A stretch of DNA of 61,233 nt, filler included. It is 4 parts of 4 records of this genome, joined end to end, with 100 filler letters (N's around TTAATTAATTAA, not from the genome) between each part and the next. Parts side by side here need not be neighbours in the genome. Positions count along the whole stretch, not along the records: positions 1 to 11,787 come from SRR31156797_25453; 3 more parts are not named here. One strand, 5' to 3'. Below the pieces are notes generated by a model. The model was not told the origin of the DNA, did not search any database, and was given only the letters and a program-made list of their open reading frames with translations. The position numbers were made by a program, and so were the translations under genes. This document shows positions 1 through 7,888 of this stretch, one piece after another; the first letter of the stretch is position 1, and each line of letters opens with the position of its first letter.

Positions 1-60
1 GCTTCAATATCACGGAGTATCGGAAAAGAATGAAGAGTCAATAAGATTTTCCAATATGTG

Positions 61-88
61 AAATGCACCTATACGGTGCATTTTTTTT
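61..88 (+). terminator. Intrinsic terminator
   Basis: AAATGCACC-tatac-GGTGCATTT followed by T run. Confidence 0.8.
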
Positions 89-140
89 GCTTTAGGCAGA
101 TCACCACTATGAGTCCAGAAAAGACTTGTAGGAGAGATGA

Positions 141-533
141 ATGCTAAGAGATGTTGAGCAACTGGCAGAAAGCTTCAAAGAGACCTTCAGTGAGATTTAT
201 CTGGAGCAGATTGCAAGAACCTGCCACGAAGTAAACCGGCTGTACTGTGATTCGATTGGAGACAGTACACAGACAGATTGGGGTCGGGCCCCCGAGTGGC
301 AGAGAACATCTGCCCTGATCAGCGTACAGAAGATTCTAGATAACCCGGGACTAACCCCCGTGGACCTCCATGAAACATGGTGTGAGCATAAAAAGTCCGG
401 AGGGTGGGTATTCGGAGAGGTTAAGGACCCTGAGAAGAAGACTCACCCCGCATTGGTTCCTTATACCACGCTCCCGAAAGAGCAGGTCATGAAGGACTAC
501 CTGTTCCATACAATCGTAAGGAGTTTTATGTGA
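141..533 (+). CDS. Phage RyR-domain protein
   Basis: IARTCHEVNR...LHETWCEHKKSGGWVFGEVKDPEKKTHPALVPYTTLPKEQVMKD matches the RyR repeat signature (H-x2-W...GW-x-[YF]G...K-x-HP-x-LVPY-x2-L); GGAGA RBS. Confidence 0.85.
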   Translation: MLRDVEQLAESFKETFSEIYLEQIARTCHEVNRLYCDSIGDSTQTDWGRAPEWQRTSALISVQKILDNPGLTPVDLHETWCEHKKSGGWVFGEVKDPEKKTHPALVPYTTLPKEQVMKDYLFHTIVRSFM

Positions 534-1066
534 CTCCTGAAGAAGAAAAATACGCGCAATATATTACTACGCATAAGGAGAACGTGATAGCTGTCTGGAA
601 ACAGCTCCAAACGCATTTTACAGAGCGTCCTATCAGCCCGTCCCATTTCATGGAAATTGAGCAGAATGTGCAGAATCATGATAAGTCCAAGTGGAATGAA
701 GAGGAGTTTGACTCCTACAGGGCGCACTTCTACCCAGCTCTTAATGAAACGGAGTTGGATGGGGCGTTCAATAAAGCGTGGCTTCATCATATCCATTCTA
801 ATCCGCATCACTGGAATCACTGGGTACTGTGGGAGCCCAATGGCCGGTCCAAGGCTTTGGAGATGCCGTTTATCCATGTAATCGAGATGCTTTGTGACTG
901 GTCTGCAATGTCCGTAGCTTTTGGGGACAGCCCAAGTAACTATTTCAAAAGTAAGCAGTATGAGATGAAGTTGCACAAGGATACCATTGAGTGCATCAAC
1001 CACTGGCTCCCGATTTTCGATACGGTAGTCGCAGAGGTTAGTTTGGGAACAAAGCGGAAGCTGTAA
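530..1066 (+). CDS. DUF5662-family (HD-like, metal-binding) protein
   Basis: HK...HDKSK...HHIHSNPHHW...EMLCDW motifs; GTG start overlaps the upstream TGA. Confidence 0.75.
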   Translation: MTPEEEKYAQYITTHKENVIAVWKQLQTHFTERPISPSHFMEIEQNVQNHDKSKWNEEEFDSYRAHFYPALNETELDGAFNKAWLHHIHSNPHHWNHWVLWEPNGRSKALEMPFIHVIEMLCDWSAMSVAFGDSPSNYFKSKQYEMKLHKDTIECINHWLPIFDTVVAEVSLGTKRKL

Positions 1067-1140
1067 AGTTCAGCAAGCGGGGGAGGGCTCAAGCGTAGGA
1101 CCGGAAAAGAGCCAAGGAGGTGTGGACGCGGACGTGGTAG

Positions 1141-1803
1141 CTAAAAGGTGAAGTTAAGCTTTGCACCTTTCCGGGCGTTACAGGACCTGCACAAGATCTG
1201 AAGGTTCTGGGGGTCATCACTTCCGCCCTTGGATAAGGGGATGATGTGATCTAGTGTCAAATCATTCTCTGAGCCGCAGGCTGGGTTGTTACATCGGTAT
1301 CCGTCTCGGAAGACAATCTGTTCGAACAGATTGTCTCGTCTTTTCCCAAACTCATATCTTCGCCGGTCTTTCTCTCCCGTGAAGTGCTTCACAGCCCCTG
1401 AGGCGAACCGCTGAGCGGCCATGCAGACATTGCAAGTGTACATTCTACTCGAAGACTCCATCACATCGTCAGAGAGCCCACATACAGCCCCACAGTCCTT
1501 GCAGACTAGAGGATAGATACACCACTGCACGAGACCATTCTTTGTGAACCGGGTAAGGCAGGATTTAAGGTTGTCGACATGCTCTAGCAAACCAAGGAAC
1601 GATCTCCCTTCGGAACCGTCGAAGATCTTTAGGTCATAGGTGTTTGGTATGAAGACGCCACTCTCTCTGAATTGAAGATAGCACTTATAGCCCCAGAGTT
1701 TACCAACGATTTTTAGGTCTCCAAGTTCAAGGCCTCTTTCTAGATACAAACCTAGAACTTCACAGAGATTGTCTTGCACATCATGATTATCCGCCCATGT
1801 CAT
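1141..1803 (-). CDS. HNH endonuclease (C-terminal HNH, N-terminal unknown)
   Basis: RDGYRC..C...LTLDHIIPLSKGGSDDPQNLQILCRSCNARK; the only minus-strand gene on the phage contig. Confidence 0.9.
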   Translation of the reverse strand: MTWADNHDVQDNLCEVLGLYLERGLELGDLKIVGKLWGYKCYLQFRESGVFIPNTYDLKIFDGSEGRSFLGLLEHVDNLKSCLTRFTKNGLVQWCIYPLVCKDCGAVCGLSDDVMESSSRMYTCNVCMAAQRFASGAVKHFTGEKDRRRYEFGKRRDNLFEQIVFRDGYRCNNPACGSENDLTLDHIIPLSKGGSDDPQNLQILCRSCNARKGAKLNFTF

Positions 1804-1858
1804 AAATATATAGTTTCCCTATAAGTATGCTCCAAAAAATCTGAATGGGAACGTTTTC

Positions 1859-1930
1859 AAAATGTGTGTAAAATGTATGTAAAGTATGAAGAAAGTGTGT
1901 GCATGTATCGTAAACAGTGTGTAGTTTATG
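1859..1930. repeat. Helically phased imperfect direct repeats (GT[GA]TG cores)
   Basis: Cores at 1864, 1875, 1884, 1895, 1905, 1917, 1926 (9-12 bp spacing), most preceded by an A-tract. Confidence 0.55.
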
Positions 1931-1971
1931 AAAAAACATCAATGATAAGTGGTTATCGTTTCATTTTTTGA

Positions 1972-2000
1972 TTGCACGGGTAGCCTCTAAATGATATATG
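1972..2000 (+). promoter_or_regulatory. sigma70-like promoter
   Basis: TTGCAC-N17-TATATG with TG at the extended -10 position. Confidence 0.5.
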
Positions 2001-2041
2001 ACTATACGCCCAATTTTTAATCTAGTTTAAAAGGCCCAATA

Positions 2042-2836
2042 ATGAGCGCTAAAAACCGAGCAACTGTCTACCTACCAAAAGCCATGCAGAAGATGCTGAA
2101 AGTCAGTTCAGGTGAGACGCCCGGTCATGTGATCCAGATGTATCTTGAATACGTCCTCACCATGATTGAAACAGAGATTGAAGTGATCCTCCGGATTCTT
2201 ACTCCTTTCGAGAAGGACTTGTGTAGGGCCTATTTTTTCAGGCATCACGAAACGATGCACGATGAAGTGATCACCTACCTGAAGACCCGGCATATGAACT
2301 CTATCAAGCCGCGAGTGACAGTGGATGGAGTAGGCTCTCCGGAGGATGAACGCATAAAGTTCTTCCGGGTGCTTGATCAGTTGAGTTCTGGTCATATTAT
2401 GGTGCTGATGGACTATCTGGAGGGTTGGAGAGACTTCCTCGAAAGTACCAATATCACCGAGATCCTTAAGATCTCCCTTAACGCAGAGTTTCCAAATGAT
2501 GAGATAGCCTTCACCGAAGACCTTCAGACTGGTATCAGTGTCAATGGGCTCCTCTATGAAATGCCAAATCATCTACGAAATCTTATTGATATCATGCGCA
2601 AACATCCTCCAGCAGAAGATGACTATGTTCTAAATTCATTTACAGCGGCCTGTGTTAACTTCATTCAGCGGGTTCTCGGGATAGGGGAGCATAATTGTGA
2701 GTTATGCGGTAGTAAACTCCTTATGGATAAGCAGGGATCCGGAGTCCGTTGGATATGTCCCGAAAATGATTTTTCGATTTTATTAGAGCCAATAGACGAG
2801 TTAAACGAGGAGCTTCCCCCTGAGACTAACGACTAA
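2042..2836 (+). CDS. Hypothetical protein, possible N-terminal ribbon-helix-helix and C-terminal Zn ribbon
   Basis: N-terminal RATVYLPKAMQKML; C-terminal CELCG...WICP. Confidence 0.6.
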   Translation: MSAKNRATVYLPKAMQKMLKVSSGETPGHVIQMYLEYVLTMIETEIEVILRILTPFEKDLCRAYFFRHHETMHDEVITYLKTRHMNSIKPRVTVDGVGSPEDERIKFFRVLDQLSSGHIMVLMDYLEGWRDFLESTNITEILKISLNAEFPNDEIAFTEDLQTGISVNGLLYEMPNHLRNLIDIMRKHPPAEDDYVLNSFTAACVNFIQRVLGIGEHNCELCGSKLLMDKQGSGVRWICPENDFSILLEPIDELNEELPPETND

Positions 2837-2838
2837 CT

Positions 2839-2868
2839 TTCTCTAATTCCATCTCCAAGAGAGTACTT
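2839..2868 (+). promoter_or_regulatory. Putative phage-specific promoter, copy 1
   Basis: TTCTCTAA-N16-GTACTT, intergenic, upstream of RBS GGAGG and ATG 2889. Confidence 0.75.
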
Positions 2869-2888
2869 CTCTTAATATAGGAGGTACT

Positions 2889-3053
2889 ATGTTAAGCTCA
2901 GAAATCATGAACCTGCCATTGCAGGAGAAAAAATTACTTGAAGCTCTGGAGGAGTTTCGAGAAACAAATGACCCCACTATTCTATATAAATTGGGTCATC
3001 GTGATGCCCGGCATGTAGCGGCGGAGCTCGCAGGAGATTATGAGAATGAGTAA
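2889..3053 (+). CDS. Small phage protein (54 aa, not in ORF track)
   Basis: Hand translation MLSSEIMNLPLQEKK...YKLGHRDARHVAAELAGDYENE; strong RBS; overlaps next start. Confidence 0.75.
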   Translation: MLSSEIMNLPLQEKKLLEALEEFRETNDPTILYKLGHRDARHVAAELAGDYENE

Positions 3054-3366
3054 ACCGCATCAAGCCATCAGGCAACAGGTCCTTGAGCAGTGGATCGACA
3101 ACAAAGCGAAGACTGAGGACAGGTACGGAACCAGTATCAGCCGCATGCTTAATGAAGCTCACACTGCACTTCAGAACCTTCAGGAAGAGAATGACCGAGA
3201 AGTGGAAAATGCCTTCCTTGCCGGGTTCAATTCGGCACTGGCAGTCATAAAGGTATGTGGCTCCTGCTCTTCTTTTCCTCATGATCTGGCGGCAGGACGT
3301 TGCTGTCTTGCGGATGATTTTAGATCCTGTGGCGGACAGGTAAGAGAAGGACTGGAAATATGCTAA
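3046..3366 (+). CDS. Hypothetical phage protein (C-terminal Cys cluster)
   Basis: ORF coupled to neighbours; GGAG RBS. Confidence 0.7.
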   Translation: MSKPHQAIRQQVLEQWIDNKAKTEDRYGTSISRMLNEAHTALQNLQEENDREVENAFLAGFNSALAVIKVCGSCSSFPHDLAAGRCCLADDFRSCGGQVREGLEIC

Positions 3367-3584
3367 TACAGGACCTAGTTCGTCTTCTAATTCTGTTAGG
3401 AATGTCTGCAATGACAGTCTCTGGCATACTACAAGCACGTGAATGTTTCCAAAAAGGGATTTGGTGGGCTGGCATCCTGTGGTACATTGGCGCCACCCTC
3501 TGCCTGATAATCGTTTTTAAACTTCCAAGAATCGAGGATAAGTGTAATGAGCTCAAAGTGGCGATAATGCGGAAGCTATTTTAA
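3360..3584 (+). CDS. Small membrane protein (2 TM)
   Basis: Two hydrophobic segments; overlaps upstream stop. Confidence 0.65.
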   Translation: MLIQDLVRLLILLGMSAMTVSGILQARECFQKGIWWAGILWYIGATLCLIIVFKLPRIEDKCNELKVAIMRKLF

Positions 3585-3587
3585 AAA

Positions 3588-3617
3588 TTCTCTAAAATCA
3601 ATCTTGATCCCGTACTT
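3588..3617 (+). promoter_or_regulatory. Putative phage-specific promoter, copy 2
   Basis: TTCTCTAA-N16-GTACTT upstream of RBS GAAGGAG and ATG 3638. Confidence 0.75.
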
Positions 3618-3637
3618 ACTCTATTGAAGGAGTAAGT

Positions 3638-3997
3638 ATGATACAGTCCCGGTTTATATGTGCAAAAGAGAATATCCAGTCAGTCGAGAAAGATGCATTG
3701 TGCAGAAGTTTGCAGGGTGCAAGAGATATGAAGCTTCCTTCCGCCGTCTGGGATCAGTGGGGAAAGTTCTATGATGATCCCCCCAACTACAGGGAGTATA
3801 AACGACTAAAGGAGATGATCGAGGAGATCCTCGATATTAAGGTCCGCCCTTGTCCAAGCTGTGGCAGGGATGAGCTGTTGACCATAAGTCCAAGCGGGAT
3901 TATGTGCAACAACTGTAATCTTTACATTCAATTTCCTTCAGAGAATGATTTCCTTACCCTCATCACACTGTGGAATAGGATGACAGAAGATGAGTAA
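3638..3997 (+). CDS. Protein with C-terminal Lar-like (restriction alleviation) Zn domain
   Basis: RPCPSCG...CNNC...ITLWNRM matches the Lar-family pattern PCPxCG...CxxC...WNxR. Confidence 0.65.
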   Translation: MIQSRFICAKENIQSVEKDALCRSLQGARDMKLPSAVWDQWGKFYDDPPNYREYKRLKEMIEEILDIKVRPCPSCGRDELLTISPSGIMCNNCNLYIQFPSENDFLTLITLWNRMTEDE

Positions 3998-4301
3998 ATG
4001 TCCAGTATGCCAGTCCACCAATATATCAACCTACAGACATCCTGGGGCAAAACGGTGGTGTGATGACTGTGGATTTGTCCTTCAGGAGGAAGGCCACGGA
4101 GTCTTTCAGGAACAGCCGTGTTTAACCCAGAAATTCATAAAGCGAGACACCGTGGTGAAGTCCTCTGAGAGGAATGACCCGCACGCAGCACCCTTCGTGG
4201 CCTGCCGTTCATCAGAGGTCTTTGAGCTAGAGCAAAAGATGTTGGAACTTCAAACAGAGAACCGTGAGCTGAAAAGGCAATTATCTGCAAAGAATACTTG
4301 A
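3990..4301 (+). CDS. Zn-ribbon hypothetical protein with C-terminal coiled coil
   Basis: CPVC...CDDCG; LEQKMLELQTENRELK. Confidence 0.7.
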   Translation: MSKCPVCQSTNISTYRHPGAKRWCDDCGFVLQEEGHGVFQEQPCLTQKFIKRDTVVKSSERNDPHAAPFVACRSSEVFELEQKMLELQTENRELKRQLSAKNT

Positions 4302-4334
4302 CATCGATACGAGGCCATGATAAGGTCTTATCAT
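4298..4334 (+). promoter_or_regulatory. sigma70-like promoter with dyad over -10
   Basis: TTGACA-N17-TAAGGT; inverted repeat ATGATAAG-gt-CTTATCAT at 4317-4334. Confidence 0.7.
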
Positions 4335-4355
4335 AAGCAAACCAATAGGAGTTTT

Positions 4356-4607
4356 ATGATGAGATTTGAACTGTGGCTGGATACTTTTCTGGAAGAAAAG
4401 GGAATCAATTTAGCTAAGCGATTCGAAGTCGTCAGCGACACCTCAGGTCTTACACATAATATGCCCTATTCAAAAGTTGTCGAGAGTATTAAAGTTACAG
4501 GTAAAGCGGAGCAGGCCGCTATCAAAGATATGCTTGTTCGTATCGATTTTGTGAACGGTGATGTTTGTGACTACCTGAGACACCTCGGGAAAGCCTTTGC
4601 CTTCTAA
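4356..4607 (+). CDS. Conserved phage hypothetical protein
   Basis: WLDTFLEEKG...LVRIDFVNGDV..YL.HL pattern recalled from phage proteins; AGGAG RBS supports start at 4356. Confidence 0.75.
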   Translation: MMRFELWLDTFLEEKGINLAKRFEVVSDTSGLTHNMPYSKVVESIKVTGKAEQAAIKDMLVRIDFVNGDVCDYLRHLGKAFAF

Positions 4608-4621
4608 AGGAGAGTTTAAAC

Positions 4622-4855
4622 GTGGAAATTCTGAATGTAATTGAGCAGGCTGAGGAAAAGGCCCGGCAGTATGCTTATGGGAATGATTCTGAGATGATCA
4701 AGAGCCACTGTCGGAGGTTCCTGAAGGACGTTGAGTATTTACGGGATAATATTATTGAACATGATATTCATGATGAAGATGGTTATCAGATTCAGATGGC
4801 TGAGAACTTCTTCAATGTCTTCAACATGCTGGCTACTCAGGAGCTGGGTCTGTGA
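4622..4855 (+). CDS. Acidic hypothetical protein
   Basis: AAGGAG RBS, GTG start. Confidence 0.7.
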   Translation: MEILNVIEQAEEKARQYAYGNDSEMIKSHCRRFLKDVEYLRDNIIEHDIHDEDGYQIQMAENFFNVFNMLATQELGL

Positions 4856-5064
4856 GCTTTCGGTATAGACGACGGTTTAAGATTATGGGTGGACTTGGTG
4901 TAAACCTGAGTAAGAAAGGCGCTTCACTGTCGTACCGTGGTAAGCGGGGATCTGTGAGTGAAAGGGGCGTATCCGTTCGGACTGGGGTTAAAGGGCTGTC
5001 CTATGCAATTTCATGGGCAGTCATTGGACTTATCATTATGGCTCTGATAGGGCTGTTTCTGTAG
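4852..5064 (+). CDS. DUF4236-like small protein with C-terminal TM
   Basis: FRYRRRFKI..GL.VNLSKKG.S.S...G...GLSY then a hydrophobic tail. Confidence 0.7.
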   Translation: MSFRYRRRFKIMGGLGVNLSKKGASLSYRGKRGSVSERGVSVRTGVKGLSYAISWAVIGLIIMALIGLFL

Positions 5065-5073
5065 GATAGACGA

Positions 5074-5439
5074 ATGACCAAAGGTATGTTGAATCTTCTC
5101 CAGAAGGTGCTCAAGGCTTCCCGTGAAGGTAAAGAGCTCCGGGTGTATGATGGCCGTCAGCTCCCGCTGGCATATAAGCTGAAGGCGGAAGGCGTTGTCA
5201 CCCTGAACACCGAGAAATACACCAAGACCGTGATACTTGCACCTGCGCAGGATGTTGTGCGTCTTTCTGGCTATGATGTGACTCTGGAGCAGTTCTATGA
5301 GGCACACCGGATCATCCGTCAGAGAAAGAGATGGTTTATCTATGATCAGGATGAGCAGAACAGCATCGAGTTGTCGGTAGGTGAGAAACAGTACATCATT
5401 TCCACCAGCGGTACATCATCGGAGTTGATAGATTGGTGA
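5074..5439 (+). CDS. Hypothetical phage protein
   Basis: ORF in operon, followed by terminator. Confidence 0.7.
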   Translation: MTKGMLNLLQKVLKASREGKELRVYDGRQLPLAYKLKAEGVVTLNTEKYTKTVILAPAQDVVRLSGYDVTLEQFYEAHRIIRQRKRWFIYDQDEQNSIELSVGEKQYIISTSGTSSELIDW

Positions 5440-5452
5440 TTTTACAACCAAG

Positions 5453-5479
5453 CCCACCTATTCAGGTGGGTATTTTTTT
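5453..5479 (+). terminator. Intrinsic terminator (CCCAC/GTGGG family)
   Basis: CCCACCT-attc-AGGTGGG + TATTTTTTT. Confidence 0.8.
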
Positions 5480-5507
5480 CTCTAAAAAATTCAATCCCGG
5501 AGTACTT
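5478..5507 (+). promoter_or_regulatory. Putative phage-specific promoter, copy 3
   Basis: TTCTCTAA-N16-GTACTT directly after the terminator; RBS GAAGGAG, ATG 5535. Confidence 0.75.
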
Positions 5508-5534
5508 ACTCAGTAAAAAATTGAAGGAGTACTT

Positions 5535-5912
5535 ATGAATTATCGAATTGAAGAGGGCGAAGCCCGGATCCCCTTAACAGAGCTCAACCGTTTGAATGAT
5601 GGGTTTAAGAAGCTGGAGCAGGCTGAAGAAGCTTTCAATCGAGAGCGTAAAAGAGTCATTGATGAATGGGAAAAGAATTGTAAGGAGTTTATCAATACCT
5701 CTGGGATACAGTACATTCTGGTGGAAAGAATGCATTGGAATAATTCACATCATTTCAGGTCATCGCAGAATTATTACCAAGAAGAACACGAAAAAGCTCT
5801 TTTAGAGACGGCTTTTGGAGAGGGACATTCCAGCCTCGACCGTTGGCTACGTACCACCCCCCGGAAAACTTTATTGAAAGCACTGTTTTCCTTGGGGAGA
5901 AGACATATATGA
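5535..5912 (+). CDS. Hypothetical phage protein
   Basis: RBS and ORF. Confidence 0.7.
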   Translation: MNYRIEEGEARIPLTELNRLNDGFKKLEQAEEAFNRERKRVIDEWEKNCKEFINTSGIQYILVERMHWNNSHHFRSSQNYYQEEHEKALLETAFGEGHSSLDRWLRTTPRKTLLKALFSLGRRHI

Positions 5913-6358
5913 AAACCCCAGACGATATAAACACCCCCATCGAGTTCCTGAGGGTGCATGGCTTTGATAATCGTGTGCATGTTGGTGCAGATGCTGAGAC
6001 CGGCACTAAGCGATTCACGTCAGACCTGATGGGAAGTTGGGCAGAGTCTGTGACGCGGCGGCTGGTCAATGATGTGGTCCAGACCAAACTGGAAAACGTC
6101 GAGCTCCAGCGCAGAATGATGCAGAAAGGCCATAACGAGTATATGGAACTTCATATACTTCAGAAGAATATGAACCATGCCATCGCCCACTTACGTAGAG
6201 GGATCGCCGAGGCCGAGAAGCGGGAACGTAGCGCACGAGAATATCTTGATCAAGTGCATGGTGATTTCGAAGCGGAGCCTGAGGCCTTAGGGTATGTGCG
6301 CACTGCGGAAGAACTGAAAGATGCACTCAGTGAGGTGCTTAAGATCCTACTGCGATAG
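5909..6358 (+). CDS. Hypothetical phage protein
   Basis: ATGA overlap with upstream stop and GGGGAG RBS favour start 5909. Confidence 0.7.
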   Translation: MKTPDDINTPIEFLRVHGFDNRVHVGADAETGTKRFTSDLMGSWAESVTRRLVNDVVQTKLENVELQRRMMQKGHNEYMELHILQKNMNHAIAHLRRGIAEAEKRERSAREYLDQVHGDFEAEPEALGYVRTAEELKDALSEVLKILLR

Positions 6359-6396
6359 TATTATATGATACTATCATGGGCTTAAAAGGAGAAAGC

Positions 6397-6537
6397 ATGA
6401 AGCAGTGTCCCCACTGTGGTGGTTGGATCATCGGTGATGGGTTCTAAGAGCCTCCACATTACGAGATGGTAGATCTACCGCTTGATGTGCCGGTGGATTC
6501 CCCAGTGATCCTCTGTGCACCTCCAGACAACAATTAA
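6397..6537 (+). pseudogene. Small Cys-containing phage gene interrupted by in-frame TAA (6445-6447)
   Basis: AAGGAG RBS; MKQCPHCGGWIIGDGF*EPPHYEMVDLPLDVPVDSPVILCAPPDNN; frame stays open after the stop. Confidence 0.55.
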
Positions 6538-6545
6538 GCTTTATC

Positions 6546-6573
6546 AACCCACTGGGAATTCGGTGGGTTATTT
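6546..6573 (+). terminator. Intrinsic terminator (CCCAC/GTGGG family)
   Basis: AACCCACTG-ggaatt-CGGTGGGTT-ATTT. Confidence 0.7.
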
Positions 6574-6595
6574 ACAAGAAAATCGCATAAAGAGA

Positions 6596-6632
6596 TTGAC
6601 GGATACGACATGACGTAGTAGTGTTTTGTCAT
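6596..6632 (+). promoter_or_regulatory. sigma70-like promoter with short dyad
   Basis: TTGACG-N17-TAGTGT; ATGAC-N13-GTCAT flanks the -10. Confidence 0.65.
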
Positions 6633-6655
6633 AAGCTAAGTCAAGGAGTAGTTAG

Positions 6656-7423
6656 ATGACGATTAAGCATAACAAAGGTTTCTTTAAAGATGAGAAAATT
6701 CTGGCAGAGATATCTGTAACCAGAGAGGATTTTGGTGAGATTGAAATTAGCCCCAACTCCTTCGAGAATTCCCGCTGGTCCAAGACGGCGAGGGTTCAGC
6801 TTATAGCTACCATGAAGCCTGAGTCTTGGAAGGCCCTCTGTGATACCTGCAAAGGTCTGAGACATGATCATGCACGTCAGCTTACGAATGCTACGTATGA
6901 TGGTGGAAAGGTTGCGAGAGATCCCTCCCACAGTCTGACCTATCGGGGCATCCGCACCGAAGAGAAGAAAGAGGAAAAGTTCAACAAAGCTCTTGATCAG
7001 ATTAAGCAGAGGATCGAGGAGAAAACCCCGGATGCGATGATTCAGGAGGCTATTGCTGAACTGAATGCTACCTATGCTAAGATTGTAGAGTCGATTCGAA
7101 AGGACGACATTGTACATTCCTGCACCAGTATTATGTCTGAAGGGATTATGGATCAGGTGGATAAGAGTCTGATGGAGCAGGACTCCTTTGTTGATACGCT
7201 GTCTGAGATTGAAGAGGCAGAGAAGGCTTTGGAAGCCGCAGAAAAAGCTTATCGCACTGCACTCCAGAAGAAGGCACAGGCACAAAAGACTCTTCTGTTG
7301 ACTGAGCTGAATGAGACACCTGTGGAAGATGCACAGCTTAAGGAGTGCTTGATCGAAAAGGTTGAGTCTTGGGAAATTGATAAGGTAGGGCGTCCAACTT
7401 TCAAGAGAATGAGAAGAGGTTAA
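6656..7423 (+). CDS. Hypothetical protein, coiled-coil C-terminal half
   Basis: AAGGAG RBS; E/K/A-rich helices. Confidence 0.75.
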   Translation: MTIKHNKGFFKDEKILAEISVTREDFGEIEISPNSFENSRWSKTARVQLIATMKPESWKALCDTCKGLRHDHARQLTNATYDGGKVARDPSHSLTYRGIRTEEKKEEKFNKALDQIKQRIEEKTPDAMIQEAIAELNATYAKIVESIRKDDIVHSCTSIMSEGIMDQVDKSLMEQDSFVDTLSEIEEAEKALEAAEKAYRTALQKKAQAQKTLLLTELNETPVEDAQLKECLIEKVESWEIDKVGRPTFKRMRRG

Positions 7424-7426
7424 GAA

Positions 7427-7804
7427 ATGAAGCCAATTACCAGAGCCGGGTTCAAGAAGGTAGTGACCTACGAACAGATCTGCCCCAATTGTCTGAAAAT
7501 GATTCAGCTTAAGAAGTTGCCTGATATCCTTGATGTAATCACCTGTGAGCACTGTAAGGAAGTTCTGGAGGTCGCGTCTCTGAAAAATTACTCACACTCT
7601 GCACAAAGTGCACTTTTCCGGGAGGATGGACATATTGATGTACTGGAGTTCCGGAAGCGGTTCGGGTTCAGAACCCAAAAGGAGTTGGCTGTGTACATGG
7701 ACTGCTCCTCAAGAACCGTTGAGGCATGGGAACAGCAGATCCGGTATCCCGGCCCTCGATGCCTGCGGATCATGGAGCGCGTGATAGCTGACGGGAAGCA
7801 ATAA
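7427..7804 (+). CDS. Zn-ribbon + XRE-type HTH protein
   Basis: CPNC...CEHC then FRKRFGFRTQKELAVYMDCSSRTVEAWEQQIRYP. Confidence 0.8.
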   Translation: MKPITRAGFKKVVTYEQICPNCLKMIQLKKLPDILDVITCEHCKEVLEVASLKNYSHSAQSALFREDGHIDVLEFRKRFGFRTQKELAVYMDCSSRTVEAWEQQIRYPGPRCLRIMERVIADGKQ

Positions 7805-7810
7805 AATAGG

Positions 7811-7836
7811 CCCACCATTACGGTGGGATTCATTTT
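7811..7836 (+). terminator. Intrinsic terminator (CCCAC/GTGGG family)
   Basis: CCCACC-attac-GGTGGG-attcatttt. Confidence 0.6.
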
Positions 7837-7857
7837 GCCAAGAATAACGCAATAAGC

Positions 7858-7888
7858 GATAGGAAAGCACGACAAGTAGTAGTAATAT
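7858..7888 (+). promoter_or_regulatory. Promoter cassette homologous to 6594-6624
   Basis: Gapless 31-nt alignment GAT..ACGACA..GTAGTA..; -10 TAATAT, degenerate -35 TAGGAA. Confidence 0.5.

Noticed and set aside
1985-2012. CTCTAA at 1985 as a fifth copy of the phage promoter motif
   Set aside because: Lacks the leading TT and has no GTACTT at the 16-nt spacing
6641-7552. 303-aa minus-strand ORF (and similar long antisense ORFs such as 18076-18954, 22967-23851, 26323-27072, 49026-49826, 60304-61008)
   Set aside because: Mirror frames of well-supported genes with RBSs and motifs; no independent signals
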